Position numbers and translations under genes: made by a program. Below the pieces are notes generated by a model that saw nothing but the letters and a program-made list of their open reading frames with translations, did no database searches and was not told the DNA's origin. From an uncultured Chloroflexota bacterium (GTDB lineage: Bacteria; Chloroflexota; UBA11872; VXNJ01), in NCBI GenBank assembly GCA_964631365.1, contig CAZVZW010000001.1, positions 1 through 32,857 of the forward strand: a DNA stretch of 32,857 nt, given 5' to 3'. Shown here one piece after another: positions 1 through 9,558 of this stretch; position 1 is the stretch's first letter, and each line of letters starts with the position of its first letter.

Positions 1-1
1 C

Positions 2-184
2 GGGGCGGAGCGGCAACTCTTTGTTCCCGGCAACGACCCGGAACTGGCCGAGAACTTGGCGGAGTCCCGGCCCGAGGTCTGTGAACGGTTGTTCGCGCGG
101 ATCGTCGAGGACGCCCGCGGCGATCTGCCGGATGCGTCGCCGGAAAGCCTCCGGCGGGCCGGCCCCTGGTATGAGCAGGTCTGA
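2..184 (+). CDS. C-terminal fragment of a probable sulfatase-family hydrolase (5' end outside window)
   Basis: Frame 2 is open from the edge to TGA at 182-184: GAERQLFVPGNDPELAENLAESRPEVCERLFARIVEDARG..., resembling the sulfatase C-terminal 'LF..DP.E..NLA...PE' motif. Not in the ORF track. Confidence 0.55.
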   Translation, partial: GAERQLFVPGNDPELAENLAESRPEVCERLFARIVEDARGDLPDASPESLRRAGPWYEQV

Positions 185-268
185 CACTCGGAGTCCACGA
201 ACGGTTCTAGCCGCGCCCGATCGTCACGGATATGTGTAAGGCGGGTTCTACCTCCCCGAAGAGAGATT

Positions 269-277
269 TGCGATAAT
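269..277 (+). promoter_or_regulatory. Putative extended -10 element (TGcGATAAT)
   Basis: TGn + GATAAT about 45 nt upstream of the 323 start; no clear -35. Confidence 0.3.
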
Positions 278-322
278 TGAGGCCGGAGCAGCACCCGGTT
301 TCTTGACGTAGCGGAGATTCCC

Positions 323-1249
323 TTGCCTCCCAGGCAACCGGCCCTGAGATCATTTGACCAAGAACTCGCCGGCCATCGGCTGGCGACGCAGCGCCTGATC
401 GGGCTGCGCACGGTTCGGATCGATCGCATCGTCGGGTCGGTCGGGCGGGCGGGCAACCTGCGGGATGATTTCCGGCCGCATCGGTGGCGCGAGAACAATC
501 GCTACATGAACATGCTGCGGCTCATGGAGGAGGGGGCGATGCTGCCACCGATATCCCTGTACGAGCTGCTCAACGACTACTACGTGCTCGATGGCCACCA
601 TCGCGTCGGGGCGGCCCGGGAGCTCGGGACGACCTTTATGGACGCCGATGTCGTCCAGTTCCTGCCGGACGGGGACTCGCCGGCGCGTCGCCTTTCGCAG
701 GAGCGTTCGCGGTTCGAGCTTACGACCGGCCTTCGCGATATCGAGCTGCGCGATCCGGGGGCCTACCCCCTGCTGCGGAATGAGATCGACGAGCACAAGT
801 GGATCCTCGGCGAGTCCTCCGATGGTGAAGTGGCGCTGAAGGTGGCGGCGCGGAGCTGGTACGAAAAGGTCTATGTCCGGGCGGTGGTCGCCATCATGAC
901 GCGCGGCCTGGCGAGGGCGTTTCCGGATCGCACGTTGGCCGAAATCTATCTGCAGATCGAGGAAGAGAGGTGGTTGGCCAGCGAAGAGGTCGGCCACGAC
1001 GTGGGATTGCAGGAGGCGGTGGATCAGCTGGTCGCCCGCTACCTGCGCCACGGACTCGGCCATGAGCTGGAGCGGGTGCTCATCGGCGTCCGGCGCGAGG
1101 TGGCCGGAGCGGGCCGCGCCGTCGGTGAGGTAGTCGCCTCCGAGTTATTGCATCGCGTGGATCAGGCCATGCCCGCCGATCCCTACGCCGCGGTGGCGTT
1201 TCAGGCCGATGCCGACCAGATGTCGATCAGCGGGTCGGGTCTGGTCTAG
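323..1249 (+). CDS. ParB/Sulfiredoxin-like N-terminal domain + DUF4032-like C-terminal domain protein
   Basis: IVGSVGR..DFRP and LPPISLY....YYVLDGHHRV (ParB-N/Srx-like); C-terminal 'YLQIEEERWLASEEVGHDVG' resembles DUF4032. Confidence 0.75.
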   Translation: MPPRQPALRSFDQELAGHRLATQRLIGLRTVRIDRIVGSVGRAGNLRDDFRPHRWRENNRYMNMLRLMEEGAMLPPISLYELLNDYYVLDGHHRVGAARELGTTFMDADVVQFLPDGDSPARRLSQERSRFELTTGLRDIELRDPGAYPLLRNEIDEHKWILGESSDGEVALKVAARSWYEKVYVRAVVAIMTRGLARAFPDRTLAEIYLQIEEERWLASEEVGHDVGLQEAVDQLVARYLRHGLGHELERVLIGVRREVAGAGRAVGEVVASELLHRVDQAMPADPYAAVAFQADADQMSISGSGLV

Positions 1250-1620
1250 CCGGATTCGGCCAACTCGCGGCGAACAAAGATCAGCGCGCCGATCCAGAAT
1301 TCCAGCGCCAAGATCAAGCGAGAAAGCAGCATACCCGGGCCGGCGCCGTGGTTAACTCCGGCATCGATGTGCCGGATCACCGCCCCGCCCGCTTGCATCA
1401 GCAGGGCAAAGCTACCGATGCCGAACAGCACCGCCCGGCTGTACCAGGTCAGCACCCGCCGCAGGGTGAATGGGGCGTAGTCGGCCCCGTGGGTTTTCAC
1501 CACGAGGCAGGCAATGAAGAACCCGGCCAACAGGCCCAGGCCCGCCAACAGCGCGCCCGCCATCTCAGTCACCGATTCCAGCGCCGTCAAAGCTCCACCC
1601 AGATCGCGGGCATCACGCAC
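1246..1620 (-). CDS. Small hypothetical membrane protein (about 3 TM helices)
   Basis: Three hydrophobic segments; convergent 4-nt stop overlap with the upstream gene; start may be the ATG at 1563. Confidence 0.6.
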   Translation of the reverse strand: MRDARDLGGALTALESVTEMAGALLAGLGLLAGFFIACLVVKTHGADYAPFTLRRVLTWYSRAVLFGIGSFALLMQAGGAVIRHIDAGVNHGAGPGMLLSRLILALEFWIGALIFVRRELAESG

Positions 1621-1686
1621 CCCTTTCGTTTCGGGTCGCCACCGCCCCGGGCGACGCTTACTAGGCGATTCGAATCTAGACCCGGG

Positions 1687-1695
1687 TGCTATATT
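1687..1695 (+). promoter_or_regulatory. Putative extended -10 (TGcTATATT) for plsY
   Basis: AT-rich patch in a divergent intergenic region; perfect 10-bp palindrome GATTCGAATC at 1667-1676 just upstream. Confidence 0.3.
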
Positions 1696-1775
1696 TTCTA
1701 CCTACCGCATGAACAGGACTTGTACCGAGAACCCGATCCGAAGACTGGCGCCCGCCATCGGCGCCCGGCCCCGGT

Positions 1776-2474
1776 GTGCGCGTCCCCACCACCCGGCGGG
1801 GCGCTAGCCGCTTGTCCCTCGAATGGTTCGCGGTGGGGCTGGGCGGATACCTGGTCGGAGCGATCCCCTTCGCGCTGGTGGTCGGGCGGCTGCTCCACGG
1901 AATCGACGTGCGCGAGTTCGGCACCGGGAACCCCGGGGCCTCGAATGCGTACCGGAACGTCGGCAAACTCACCGGAATCCTGGTGATCTTGCTCGATGTG
2001 GCGAAGGTCGCGGCGCCCTTTCTGGTCCTGGCGCTGGCGCTGGATCGCCTAGTGCTGGCGATCATCTGGGCGGTGGCCTGCCAGGTCGGACACTCCTGGC
2101 CGGTGTATCTGGGCTTTCGCGGTGGCAAAGGCGTCGCGGTGGGCGGAGGGACCTACGTCGCCTATACGTTTGTCATCGGCAATGTGGGGATTCTGCTGGC
2201 AATTCTGTTCGGCTACGGGACCGGGGTTGCCGTGGGCCGGCCGGGGTTCGCCACCGTGGCGCTCTTTGGCGTTGGGCCGCTGTACTGCCTGGTTGCCGAC
2301 GGCCCCGGCGAGCTTGTCCCGGGGGCGATCGCGATCTTCGTCATCTGCATCCTGCGCCGGATCTGGGACCTGCCCAGGACCTGGAACAGCTATCCGATCA
2401 AGACTTCGCTGATCTGGTCCGTGGTCGGTGAGGACATGATCCCCGGGGAGACCACCGTGGGGCGCCGCCGCTAG
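1776..2474 (+). CDS. plsY: Glycerol-3-phosphate acyltransferase PlsY family
   Basis: GYLVGAIPF, DVREFGTGNPGASN (motif 1), LDVAK, GHSWPVYLGFRGGKGVA (motif 2). True start probably TTG 1812. Confidence 0.9.
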   Translation: MRVPTTRRGASRLSLEWFAVGLGGYLVGAIPFALVVGRLLHGIDVREFGTGNPGASNAYRNVGKLTGILVILLDVAKVAAPFLVLALALDRLVLAIIWAVACQVGHSWPVYLGFRGGKGVAVGGGTYVAYTFVIGNVGILLAILFGYGTGVAVGRPGFATVALFGVGPLYCLVADGPGELVPGAIAIFVICILRRIWDLPRTWNSYPIKTSLIWSVVGEDMIPGETTVGRRR

Positions 2475-3988
2475 CCGACCTTGAGGTCGCCGTCGGGGTA
2501 CTGGCGCGACACGGGCCTCGAGCGTCGCAGCAACGCCAGTGCGACGGTGAGCGGGCCAAGCCGGCCGATGAACATCAGCAGGCTAATGAACAACTTGCCC
2601 GGGGCGTCGAGATTTGTCGGGACGCCCGTCGACAACCCCACGATGCTCAATGCCGACTGGGTGTCGAATAGGGTCTTCAATCCGTCGGGATCGATGATTT
2701 GCATGGCGAAGACGATCGGCGCGGAGAAGATTATCCAGCCGAAGAACAACAGGGCCAGCGTCACCGACACGTAGATCCGATCGGCCGGGATCGTCCGGCC
2801 AAAAGCCTCGGCGTGGGGCCGGCCCAGCAGACCGGCGCGACTGGCGGCGATCAGTGCCCCGAGGGAATTGACCTTGATGCCGCCGCCCATCGATGCCGAG
2901 GCGGCGCCGATGAACATGAAAATGCCAAAGAACATGAGCGTCAGCGAGCCGACTGCTCCGAAGTCAATGGTCGAGAATCCGGCGTTGCGCACGGTGATGC
3001 CCTGGAACAGCGAGTTCGTGACCCGATGGATGACGGACATGTCGCCCAGCGTCGCCGGATTCGACCATTCAAGGAAGAGGAAACCAATCGCCGCTGCCAA
3101 CCAGAGGATGTAGTTCAGGCTGAGGACTAGCTTGGTTTCCATCGCCAGCCTGTGAAAACGCCAGTGCCGCAGGACATCCAGGACAACCAGGAAGCCAAGG
3201 TCACCGGGGATGATCATGGCCGCCATCGTGAACAGGACGAAAGGCTGCAACGCCTGGGCCTGGAAACTCTGGAAGCCGCCCATCAGGTCCAACCCCGAGC
3301 CAGTAAAGGCGCTCACTGCATGGAAGGCGGCGTACCAGGCGGCGTTGTCTGGGCCGACGGCCGGGTCACCGCGAAACTGGAGGTACAACAGCAGGGCGCC
3401 GATACCCTCGACCGCCAGGGTGAAGATCAAGAAGCGGAGGGCGATGCCGGGCAGGCCGCCCACCTGCCGGAGGACGAGCGATTCCTGAAAGATACGCCGC
3501 TGCTGCAGCGTCAACTGACGGCCGAGCGCCAGGAACAGCAGGATTGTGCCCGCCATGAACCCCATGCCGCCGACTTCCATGAGAACGATGATCACGACCT
3601 GCCCGAACATGCTCCAGTGGGTCCCGGTGTCCACCACGACCAGCCCGACCGTGCCGGTGGCCGATGTGGAGGTGAAGAGCGAGTCCGCGAACGAGGTGAC
3701 CTCGCCCGAGGTGCTGGCAAACGGCAGCATCAGCAGGAAGGTGCCCGCGATGATGATAGCCAAGAAACCGATTACCAGGGTTGCGTGGGGGCCCAGCAGG
3801 CGCTTGCGCGGCTGGCGCACGCCGCCGTCGACGCGGGACGATTGACCGCGACTTATCGCGAAGATCCGTTCTCGTCGGCGTTTGGCCCGCGGTCGGCGGG
3901 GTGGTCTGGTGGTTTCGGGCCCGTCCTGTTCCATCCTGGGCTTTCGGTGGGCCGGGTCTTCCGGCACATTTGCGGGCGGCGGGATCAT
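2471..3988 (-). CDS. trkH: Trk/Ktr potassium uptake membrane subunit (TrkH/KtrB family)
   Basis: Four pore-loop glycines (SATGTVGL, SAFTGSGL, RNAGF, SALSIVGLSTG), GGGIKV loop, MFIGRLGPLT, C-terminal YP....VG. Start may be ATG 3934. Confidence 0.92.
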   Translation of the reverse strand: MIPPPANVPEDPAHRKPRMEQDGPETTRPPRRPRAKRRRERIFAISRGQSSRVDGGVRQPRKRLLGPHATLVIGFLAIIIAGTFLLMLPFASTSGEVTSFADSLFTSTSATGTVGLVVVDTGTHWSMFGQVVIIVLMEVGGMGFMAGTILLFLALGRQLTLQQRRIFQESLVLRQVGGLPGIALRFLIFTLAVEGIGALLLYLQFRGDPAVGPDNAAWYAAFHAVSAFTGSGLDLMGGFQSFQAQALQPFVLFTMAAMIIPGDLGFLVVLDVLRHWRFHRLAMETKLVLSLNYILWLAAAIGFLFLEWSNPATLGDMSVIHRVTNSLFQGITVRNAGFSTIDFGAVGSLTLMFFGIFMFIGAASASMGGGIKVNSLGALIAASRAGLLGRPHAEAFGRTIPADRIYVSVTLALLFFGWIIFSAPIVFAMQIIDPDGLKTLFDTQSALSIVGLSTGVPTNLDAPGKLFISLLMFIGRLGPLTVALALLRRSRPVSRQYPDGDLKVG

Positions 3989-4152
3989 TCCCGGGCGGGA
4001 AGGTTCCCCCGTTCGCCGATAAGATACCTCGCAGAGCAGGCCCGTTCCCCGCGAACTCGCCGCGGTTCGTCCCGCGCGACGGGGTCGGGCCCGGTTGATA
4101 CCCGGTACAGGGTAATACCTTTGGCAAGCCCCACGGTCGGAATGGAGGCCCC

Positions 4153-5292
4153 TTGAAGATTGTCGACATTCGCTGCATCCCGGTCCATAGCCCCCAGCGG
4201 GGCCGTAACTACCTCTTCATAAAGATAGAAACCGACGAAGGCATCCACGGGCTAGGCGAGGCCGGGATCACCGGCAAGGAACTGGCCATCGAGGGGGTTA
4301 TCGAGCATTTTCGGCCGATGCTGATCGGTGAGGACCCGTCGCGGATCGAGTTCATCTGGCAGCGGTTGTACCGGGGCGGCTTCTTCAAGGGCGGACAGAT
4401 CTTGACGGCGGCCATCTCGGCCGTCGACATCGCGCTCTGGGATATTCGCGGCAAGGCCCTGGGCCTGCCGGTCTACGAGCTGCTTGGCGGGTTGTGCCGC
4501 GATCGGGCGATTTGCTACCCCCACGTCCGCGGCGAGACGCTGCTGGAGTTTCTCGACGATGCTGATCGCGCTCTCGGTGAGGGCTACAAGTTCGTCCGCC
4601 TGCACGCCATTTCGGAACACGACAACATCTTCGATCCGCGTAATACCGTGCCACAGACGACCGAGTGGGCCACGGCGCTACGGGAGCGAGTTGGGCCGAA
4701 GGTCGAGATACTGGTCGACTTTCACACCCGCCTCGACCCGATCGACGCCGTCCGCCTGGCACGGGCACTGGAGCCGGTAGAGCCGTATTTCATCGAGGAC
4801 CCGGTCCGCTCCGAAAACGCCGAGGCCTACCGGATGGTCCGCGAGCGTACGAATCTCCCGATCGCCGGCGGCGAAGAACTGGCGACCAAGTGGGAGTTCC
4901 GTCCCCTGATCGAAGGCGACCTGATCGACCACGTCCGGGTCGACCTCTGCATCGTTGGGGGCATCACCGAGGCGAAGAAGATTGCCGGCTGGGCCGAGTC
5001 CCACTACCAGTACCTGGCGCCGCACAATCCGCTCGGCCCCGTGTCCACGGCCGCCTGCCTGCACCTGGATCTGAGTTCACCACTGTTCGGGGTGCAGGAA
5101 CTGCCGTGGCTGCCCGGCTACATGCCCGACGTATTCCCGCTACAGGTCGAGTATCAGGACGGCTACCTGCTTCCGCCGACCGCGCCGGGGCTGGGCGTCG
5201 AGCTCGACGAGGCCGCTGCCGCCGAGTACCCGTTCGAGCTGTTCGGCAATCCGGAATACCGGCGCGAAGACGGCTCGATCACGAACTGGTAG
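4153..5292 (+). CDS. Mandelate racemase/muconate lactonizing enzyme family acid-sugar dehydratase (galactonate dehydratase-like)
   Basis: IETDEGIHGLGE, DIALWDIRGKALGLPVYELLGG, metal ligands in DFH/IEDP/GEE, HNPLGP, C-terminal REDGSITNW; GGAGG RBS before the TTG. Confidence 0.9.
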   Translation: MKIVDIRCIPVHSPQRGRNYLFIKIETDEGIHGLGEAGITGKELAIEGVIEHFRPMLIGEDPSRIEFIWQRLYRGGFFKGGQILTAAISAVDIALWDIRGKALGLPVYELLGGLCRDRAICYPHVRGETLLEFLDDADRALGEGYKFVRLHAISEHDNIFDPRNTVPQTTEWATALRERVGPKVEILVDFHTRLDPIDAVRLARALEPVEPYFIEDPVRSENAEAYRMVRERTNLPIAGGEELATKWEFRPLIEGDLIDHVRVDLCIVGGITEAKKIAGWAESHYQYLAPHNPLGPVSTAACLHLDLSSPLFGVQELPWLPGYMPDVFPLQVEYQDGYLLPPTAPGLGVELDEAAAAEYPFELFGNPEYRREDGSITNW

Positions 5293-5314
5293 CACAGCGC
5301 CGGGCGGGTAAGCG

Positions 5315-6781
5315 CTAGGCCCCGGCGAGCAACTCGTCGATGGCATCGGAGCCGTTCTTGCAGGCCTCTTCGGCGGAGAGCGTGCCGGCGATCACCGGGT
5401 TCTCAACCTGCTGGGCCAGTATCTGTAGTATTTCGCCGGCTTGGTCGAAGATAGGGACCCGGGCCGTCTCGAGCCCCCGCAGGACCGCGTCGGCCTCCGC
5501 GTTGGAGATGCCGTCGGAGAGGGCCAGTATCTCCTCGACGCCGGTCCGCCGGGCCGGGAACGCCATCCGGGTTTCCATCTTGGCGCTGACCTCGCGCAGG
5601 GCAGAAAAGGCGTCGGCCGGGTCGGTGGCACCTTCCATCAGGGCGATCCCGGCGGGCACCGTCGCCGCCGTGGCTTCTTCGCGGCCGCGCAGCATCCCGC
5701 CGATACGGACTCCCAGTTGGTCCAGGCCGCCGATGCCGAAGGGTAGGGTGGCCGGGCCGAGCATCGTGGAAAGCTGCTGTCCGTTGACCTCCAGCCGGAA
5801 TACGGCGCGACCGCCACCCTGCCGGCGCCGGCCGCCGCTACCACCGGCGTTGAAGTCGCTCAAGTCCGGGTCCGTGGCCGGCGCCACGCCATCTTCGTGG
5901 ACCATGTTCTGAATCAGGCTCACCGCGTCCACCGCCGCCGGCTCCGCCAGGAGACTATGGCTCCCGTCGGCTGAGACCAGGCCGCCGCCGTTTTGCCAGA
6001 TCAGGATCAGGCTGGAACTCTGGCTGAAGGGCGAGTTGGGTGTGAAATAGTGGCCCCACTGCCCGCCCGTGCCATCGGCCCCTGGAGGGATCGTCAGCGT
6101 GCGGGCGATCGTCCGAAAATCATCCCAGCTCCAACCTCCGGGCGGGGGTGGCTCAACACCAGCCGCCTGGAACGGTTCCTCTCCGTACCAGAATACGGTC
6201 GGCACCAGTGCCAGCGGTAGCGCCCAGGTGCGCCCATCCAGGCCGCCGAACGCGGCGGCTGCCGGATAGTAGTCATCCAGTGACCCGGAAGAACCCGAGA
6301 AGAAACGATCCAGCGACTGGACCAGCCCTTCTGCCTGTAATGACAGGACTGCCGGTCGCGAACTGACGATAAGCAGGTCCAGTGACTGCGTGCCGCCCAG
6401 TGCCGATTCGACTGCGTCGACGAATATGTTCGGGTCGTTCTGGAATTGGAAACCTTGCCCGACCGAGATCTGCACCACATTCACATCGAGGTCTTCGTTG
6501 GCGGCCTTCGCGTCGGCAACCGCGCCGTGGACCTGGCTTTCCAGTTGGGCCGCCAGCGGGTTGCCAGAGGCAACGCCCAAGTTCACTGACACGGGGCCGC
6601 GCGGACCGGTCTGGACGGTCCCCTCGGGGATTACCGCCGTCGGCGGAGCCTCGCCCGGATCGCCGCCGCCTTGGAACTCGTCGGGCAGGTCGACCAGCTG
6701 CGGTTCGCCGCATGCGGCGAGTACCGCCGCGGCCGCCGCTGCCAGTGTCCCCGCCATCATCCGTCGTCTGGTCAGCTGCAC
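5315..6781 (-). CDS. Carbohydrate-type ABC transporter extracellular solute-binding protein, Tat lipoprotein
   Basis: TRRRMMAG twin-arginine-like signal followed by LAAC lipobox; [30 protein letters not shown] motifs; AAGGA RBS upstream of GTG 6781. Confidence 0.85.
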   Translation of the reverse strand: MQLTRRRMMAGTLAAAAAAVLAACGEPQLVDLPDEFQGGGDPGEAPPTAVIPEGTVQTGPRGPVSVNLGVASGNPLAAQLESQVHGAVADAKAANEDLDVNVVQISVGQGFQFQNDPNIFVDAVESALGGTQSLDLLIVSSRPAVLSLQAEGLVQSLDRFFSGSSGSLDDYYPAAAAFGGLDGRTWALPLALVPTVFWYGEEPFQAAGVEPPPPGGWSWDDFRTIARTLTIPPGADGTGGQWGHYFTPNSPFSQSSSLILIWQNGGGLVSADGSHSLLAEPAAVDAVSLIQNMVHEDGVAPATDPDLSDFNAGGSGGRRRQGGGRAVFRLEVNGQQLSTMLGPATLPFGIGGLDQLGVRIGGMLRGREEATAATVPAGIALMEGATDPADAFSALREVSAKMETRMAFPARRTGVEEILALSDGISNAEADAVLRGLETARVPIFDQAGEILQILAQQVENPVIAGTLSAEEACKNGSDAIDELLAGA

Positions 6782-6947
6782 CCGAGTTTCCTTGTCGCAC
6801 GCCGATCGTTTGCCAGCTCCTGTCAACAATAGTAGCCGCCATTCCCGGCCCCGCCACTGTCTCTTACAGACTTATTACATCGGCGCCGGGACCACTCGTG
6901 CGTCAAGCTCCCGGTGGCTACTTGGCCAGCAGGATTTCGTCGATTGC

Positions 6948-7213
6948 CGCCGCGTGAGCGAGTACTACGTGTCCCATTCCTGGGCCCGCCGTCCGGCCGC
7001 CGAACTGGAGTCGCTCACCGAGCGCGAGTTAGACGTGCTGCGACTCCTGGCGCGGGGAATGAGCAACGCCGAGGTCGCCGGGCGACTCGTGCTGGGCGAG
7101 GCCACGGTGAAGACCCACGTCTCCAACCTGCTGGGCAAGCTGGAACTGCGCAATCGCGTCCAGGCGTTCGTCTTCGCTACGAGAGCGGTCTGGTCGAACC
7201 CGGCGAAGCCTGA
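6948..7213 (+). pseudogene. Remnant of a NarL/LuxR-family response regulator (HTH only, frameshifted)
   Basis: [51 protein letters not shown] in one frame; the family-typical tail YESGLVEPG* is in another frame after about 7177; no receiver domain upstream. Confidence 0.8.
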
Positions 7214-7276
7214 GGCACCGCCACGACGGCACCCCGGCACCGATGCCATTCGAGCCGGGACAAAGCCCCTGGGGGG

Positions 7277-9274
7277 CTACTCGTCGTCGTCGCCGCGCAG
7301 TGCCGCGATCGCGCCGACGTCCTCCAGGGTTGTGGTGTCGCCGGTCACCTCACCGCTGGTGGCGATTTCCTTCAGCAGCCGGCGCATGATCTTTCCGCTG
7401 CGGGTCTTGGGCAGCGCCGAGGTGAACCGCAGCATCTTCGGCCGGGCGAACCGCCCGATCCGTTCGCCGACGTGGTTCCGCAGTTCCACCTGCAGATCGT
7501 CACCGGCCTCGAAGCCGCCGCGTATCGTCACGAACGCTGCCACCGCCTCGCCGGTCAGATCATCGGGGAAGCCGATCACCGCGGCCTCGGCCACCGCGGG
7601 GTGCTCGACCAGGCTGCTCTCAAGCTCGGCGGTGCCGAGACGGTGCCCGGAAACGTTCAGGACGTCGTCGATTCGGCCAATGATCCAGTAGTAGCCGTCT
7701 TCGTCGCGGGTTACGGCATCACCGGCCAGGTAGACACCGTCGATCTTCTCGAAATAGGTGGAGATAAAGCGGTCGCGCTCGCCGAACTCGCCCGGATGGC
7801 CGGATTGGCCCCAGCCCTCCTGGTAGATGCCGCGGATCATGCCCGGCCACGGTCGCCGGATGACTAGCAACCCGCGCTCGTTGGCGCCGACGGTATTGCC
7901 CTGCTCGTCCACCACGTCGGGCTCGATGCCGGGGAAGGGCAGCGTGGCCGATCCCGGTTTCGTGGCGATGGCACCCGGCAGCGGGGTAATCATGATCCCG
8001 CCGGTTTCTGTCTGCCACCAGGTGTCAACGATCGGGCAGCGCTCGCCGCCGATCACCCGGTGATACCACATCCAGACCTCCGGGTTGATCGGCTCGCCGA
8101 CCGACCCCAGCAGCCGCAGGCTCGACAGATCGTGCTTCGCCGGCCACTCGTCGCCCCACTTGATGAACGCCCGCACCGCGGTCGGCGCGGTGTAAAAGAC
8201 GGTCACGTCGTATGTGTCGACGATTTCCCACAGCCGGCCGAAGTCCGGAAAATCGGGCGCGCCCTCGTACATCACGCTGGTGACGCCGTTGGCCAGGATG
8301 CCGTAAACGATGTAGCTGTGCCCGGTCACCCAGCCGATGTCGGCGGTGCACCAGTAGACATCGTCGTCCTTGAGATCAAAGATCCATTTTGAGGTCAGCG
8401 CGGTGTAGACCATGTAGCCGCCGGTGGCGTGGACCACACCCTTCGGCGTGCCGGTGGTGCCGCTGGTGTAGAGGATGTACAGCGGGTGCTCGGCCGGCAC
8501 CATCACCGGGTCACAGGTTGCGGGCTTGCCCTCGACTAGGTCGTGCCACCAGATATCGCGGCCGTCCTCGAAGTTGATGTTGTTCGCGCAGCGCTGGTAG
8601 ACAATCACTTCCTCGACCGTCGGGCAGGCGTTGTCGGCCAGGGCGTTGTCCACGTTCTCCTTTAGCGGGATGACCTTGCCGCGCCGCCAGGAGCCGTCCG
8701 TGCAGATGACGGCCCGCGCGCCGGCGTCATTGACCCGGTCGCGGATGGCGTCGGCGCTGAATCCGCCAAATATCACGCTGTGCACGATTCCCAGACGCGC
8801 GCAGGCCAGCATCGCCACCGGCAGCTCTGGAATCATCGGCATGTACAGGATCACCCGGTCGCCCTTTTCCAGGCCGAGTTCGGCGAGGCCGTTGGCGAAG
8901 GCGCAGACCTCGGCCAGCAGCTCCGCGTAGGTGATCGGGCGGGTATCGCCGGGTTCGCCCTCCCAGTGGTAGGCGATGCGGTCGCCGTTGCCGGCGGCGA
9001 TGTGGCGATCCAGGCAGTTGGCCGTAATGTTCAGCTCGCCATCGACGAACCATTTTGTGAACGGCTCGGTCCACTCGTTCAGGACGGTCCAGGGTTTCGA
9101 CCATTCGAACTGATCACTTACCTCGCGCCAGAACCCCTCCGGGTCCTCCAGGCTGCGCTTGTGCAGTCTTCGGTACTGCTCCATGCTGCCGATGTGGGCC
9201 GCCGCGGAAAATTCGGAGCTCGGCTCGAATACGCGGCCTGCTGCTTGCTCGCCGTCCCGGTCGTCGCTGGCCAT
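7277..9274 (-). CDS. acs: Acetyl-CoA synthetase (AMP-forming)
   Basis: [51 protein letters not shown]; GGAGG RBS upstream of ATG 9274. Confidence 0.97.
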   Translation of the reverse strand: MASDDRDGEQAAGRVFEPSSEFSAAAHIGSMEQYRRLHKRSLEDPEGFWREVSDQFEWSKPWTVLNEWTEPFTKWFVDGELNITANCLDRHIAAGNGDRIAYHWEGEPGDTRPITYAELLAEVCAFANGLAELGLEKGDRVILYMPMIPELPVAMLACARLGIVHSVIFGGFSADAIRDRVNDAGARAVICTDGSWRRGKVIPLKENVDNALADNACPTVEEVIVYQRCANNINFEDGRDIWWHDLVEGKPATCDPVMVPAEHPLYILYTSGTTGTPKGVVHATGGYMVYTALTSKWIFDLKDDDVYWCTADIGWVTGHSYIVYGILANGVTSVMYEGAPDFPDFGRLWEIVDTYDVTVFYTAPTAVRAFIKWGDEWPAKHDLSSLRLLGSVGEPINPEVWMWYHRVIGGERCPIVDTWWQTETGGIMITPLPGAIATKPGSATLPFPGIEPDVVDEQGNTVGANERGLLVIRRPWPGMIRGIYQEGWGQSGHPGEFGERDRFISTYFEKIDGVYLAGDAVTRDEDGYYWIIGRIDDVLNVSGHRLGTAELESSLVEHPAVAEAAVIGFPDDLTGEAVAAFVTIRGGFEAGDDLQVELRNHVGERIGRFARPKMLRFTSALPKTRSGKIMRRLLKEIATSGEVTGDTTTLEDVGAIAALRGDDDE

Positions 9275-9496
9275 GTTCGCCTCCGTGGCGTTTGTCGCCG
9301 CTGCGCGTCCGGGGTTCCGGTAGCCGGGTTGAGGGCGCCGACCGGACGCCTGCGTACGTTGTTCGCGCGCCGGCAGCCCGCTGGACGCCGGTAAATTATG
9401 GTCCAAGAGCATTCTAGGCACCGGATCAGCCGGGTGTCACCATGGTGTTGACGAGATGGTGATGGTCGCCGCAAGACCCGGGCGGTCCGTTCTTCC

Positions 9497-9502
9497 TATA
9501 AT
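9497..9502 (+). promoter_or_regulatory. Putative -10 box (TATAAT) for xylA
   Basis: Perfect TATAAT about 57 nt upstream of the xylA ATG in a GC-rich background; divergent TAGAAT (minus strand, 9411-9416) may serve acs. Confidence 0.45.
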
Positions 9503-9558
9503 TACTTCCCCCATCGGTAACCACGCGGGCAGCTACTCCACCCGGAACGGAAGGCAAG

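Noticed and set aside
3989-4152. Possible c-di-AMP (ydaO) riboswitch upstream of the K+ transporter
   Set aside because: Fragments CGGGGGAACC and CCCGACCCCGTC occur on the minus strand but in the wrong order, and GCTGAATC/CAGCTAACC are absent.
6848-6860. GCCCCGCCACTGT, resembling part of a cobalamin riboswitch core
   Set aside because: The upstream GGGAA and GGTG.AA.TCC elements and the downstream B12 box are not visible, and no B12-related gene follows. An Rfam scan would settle it.
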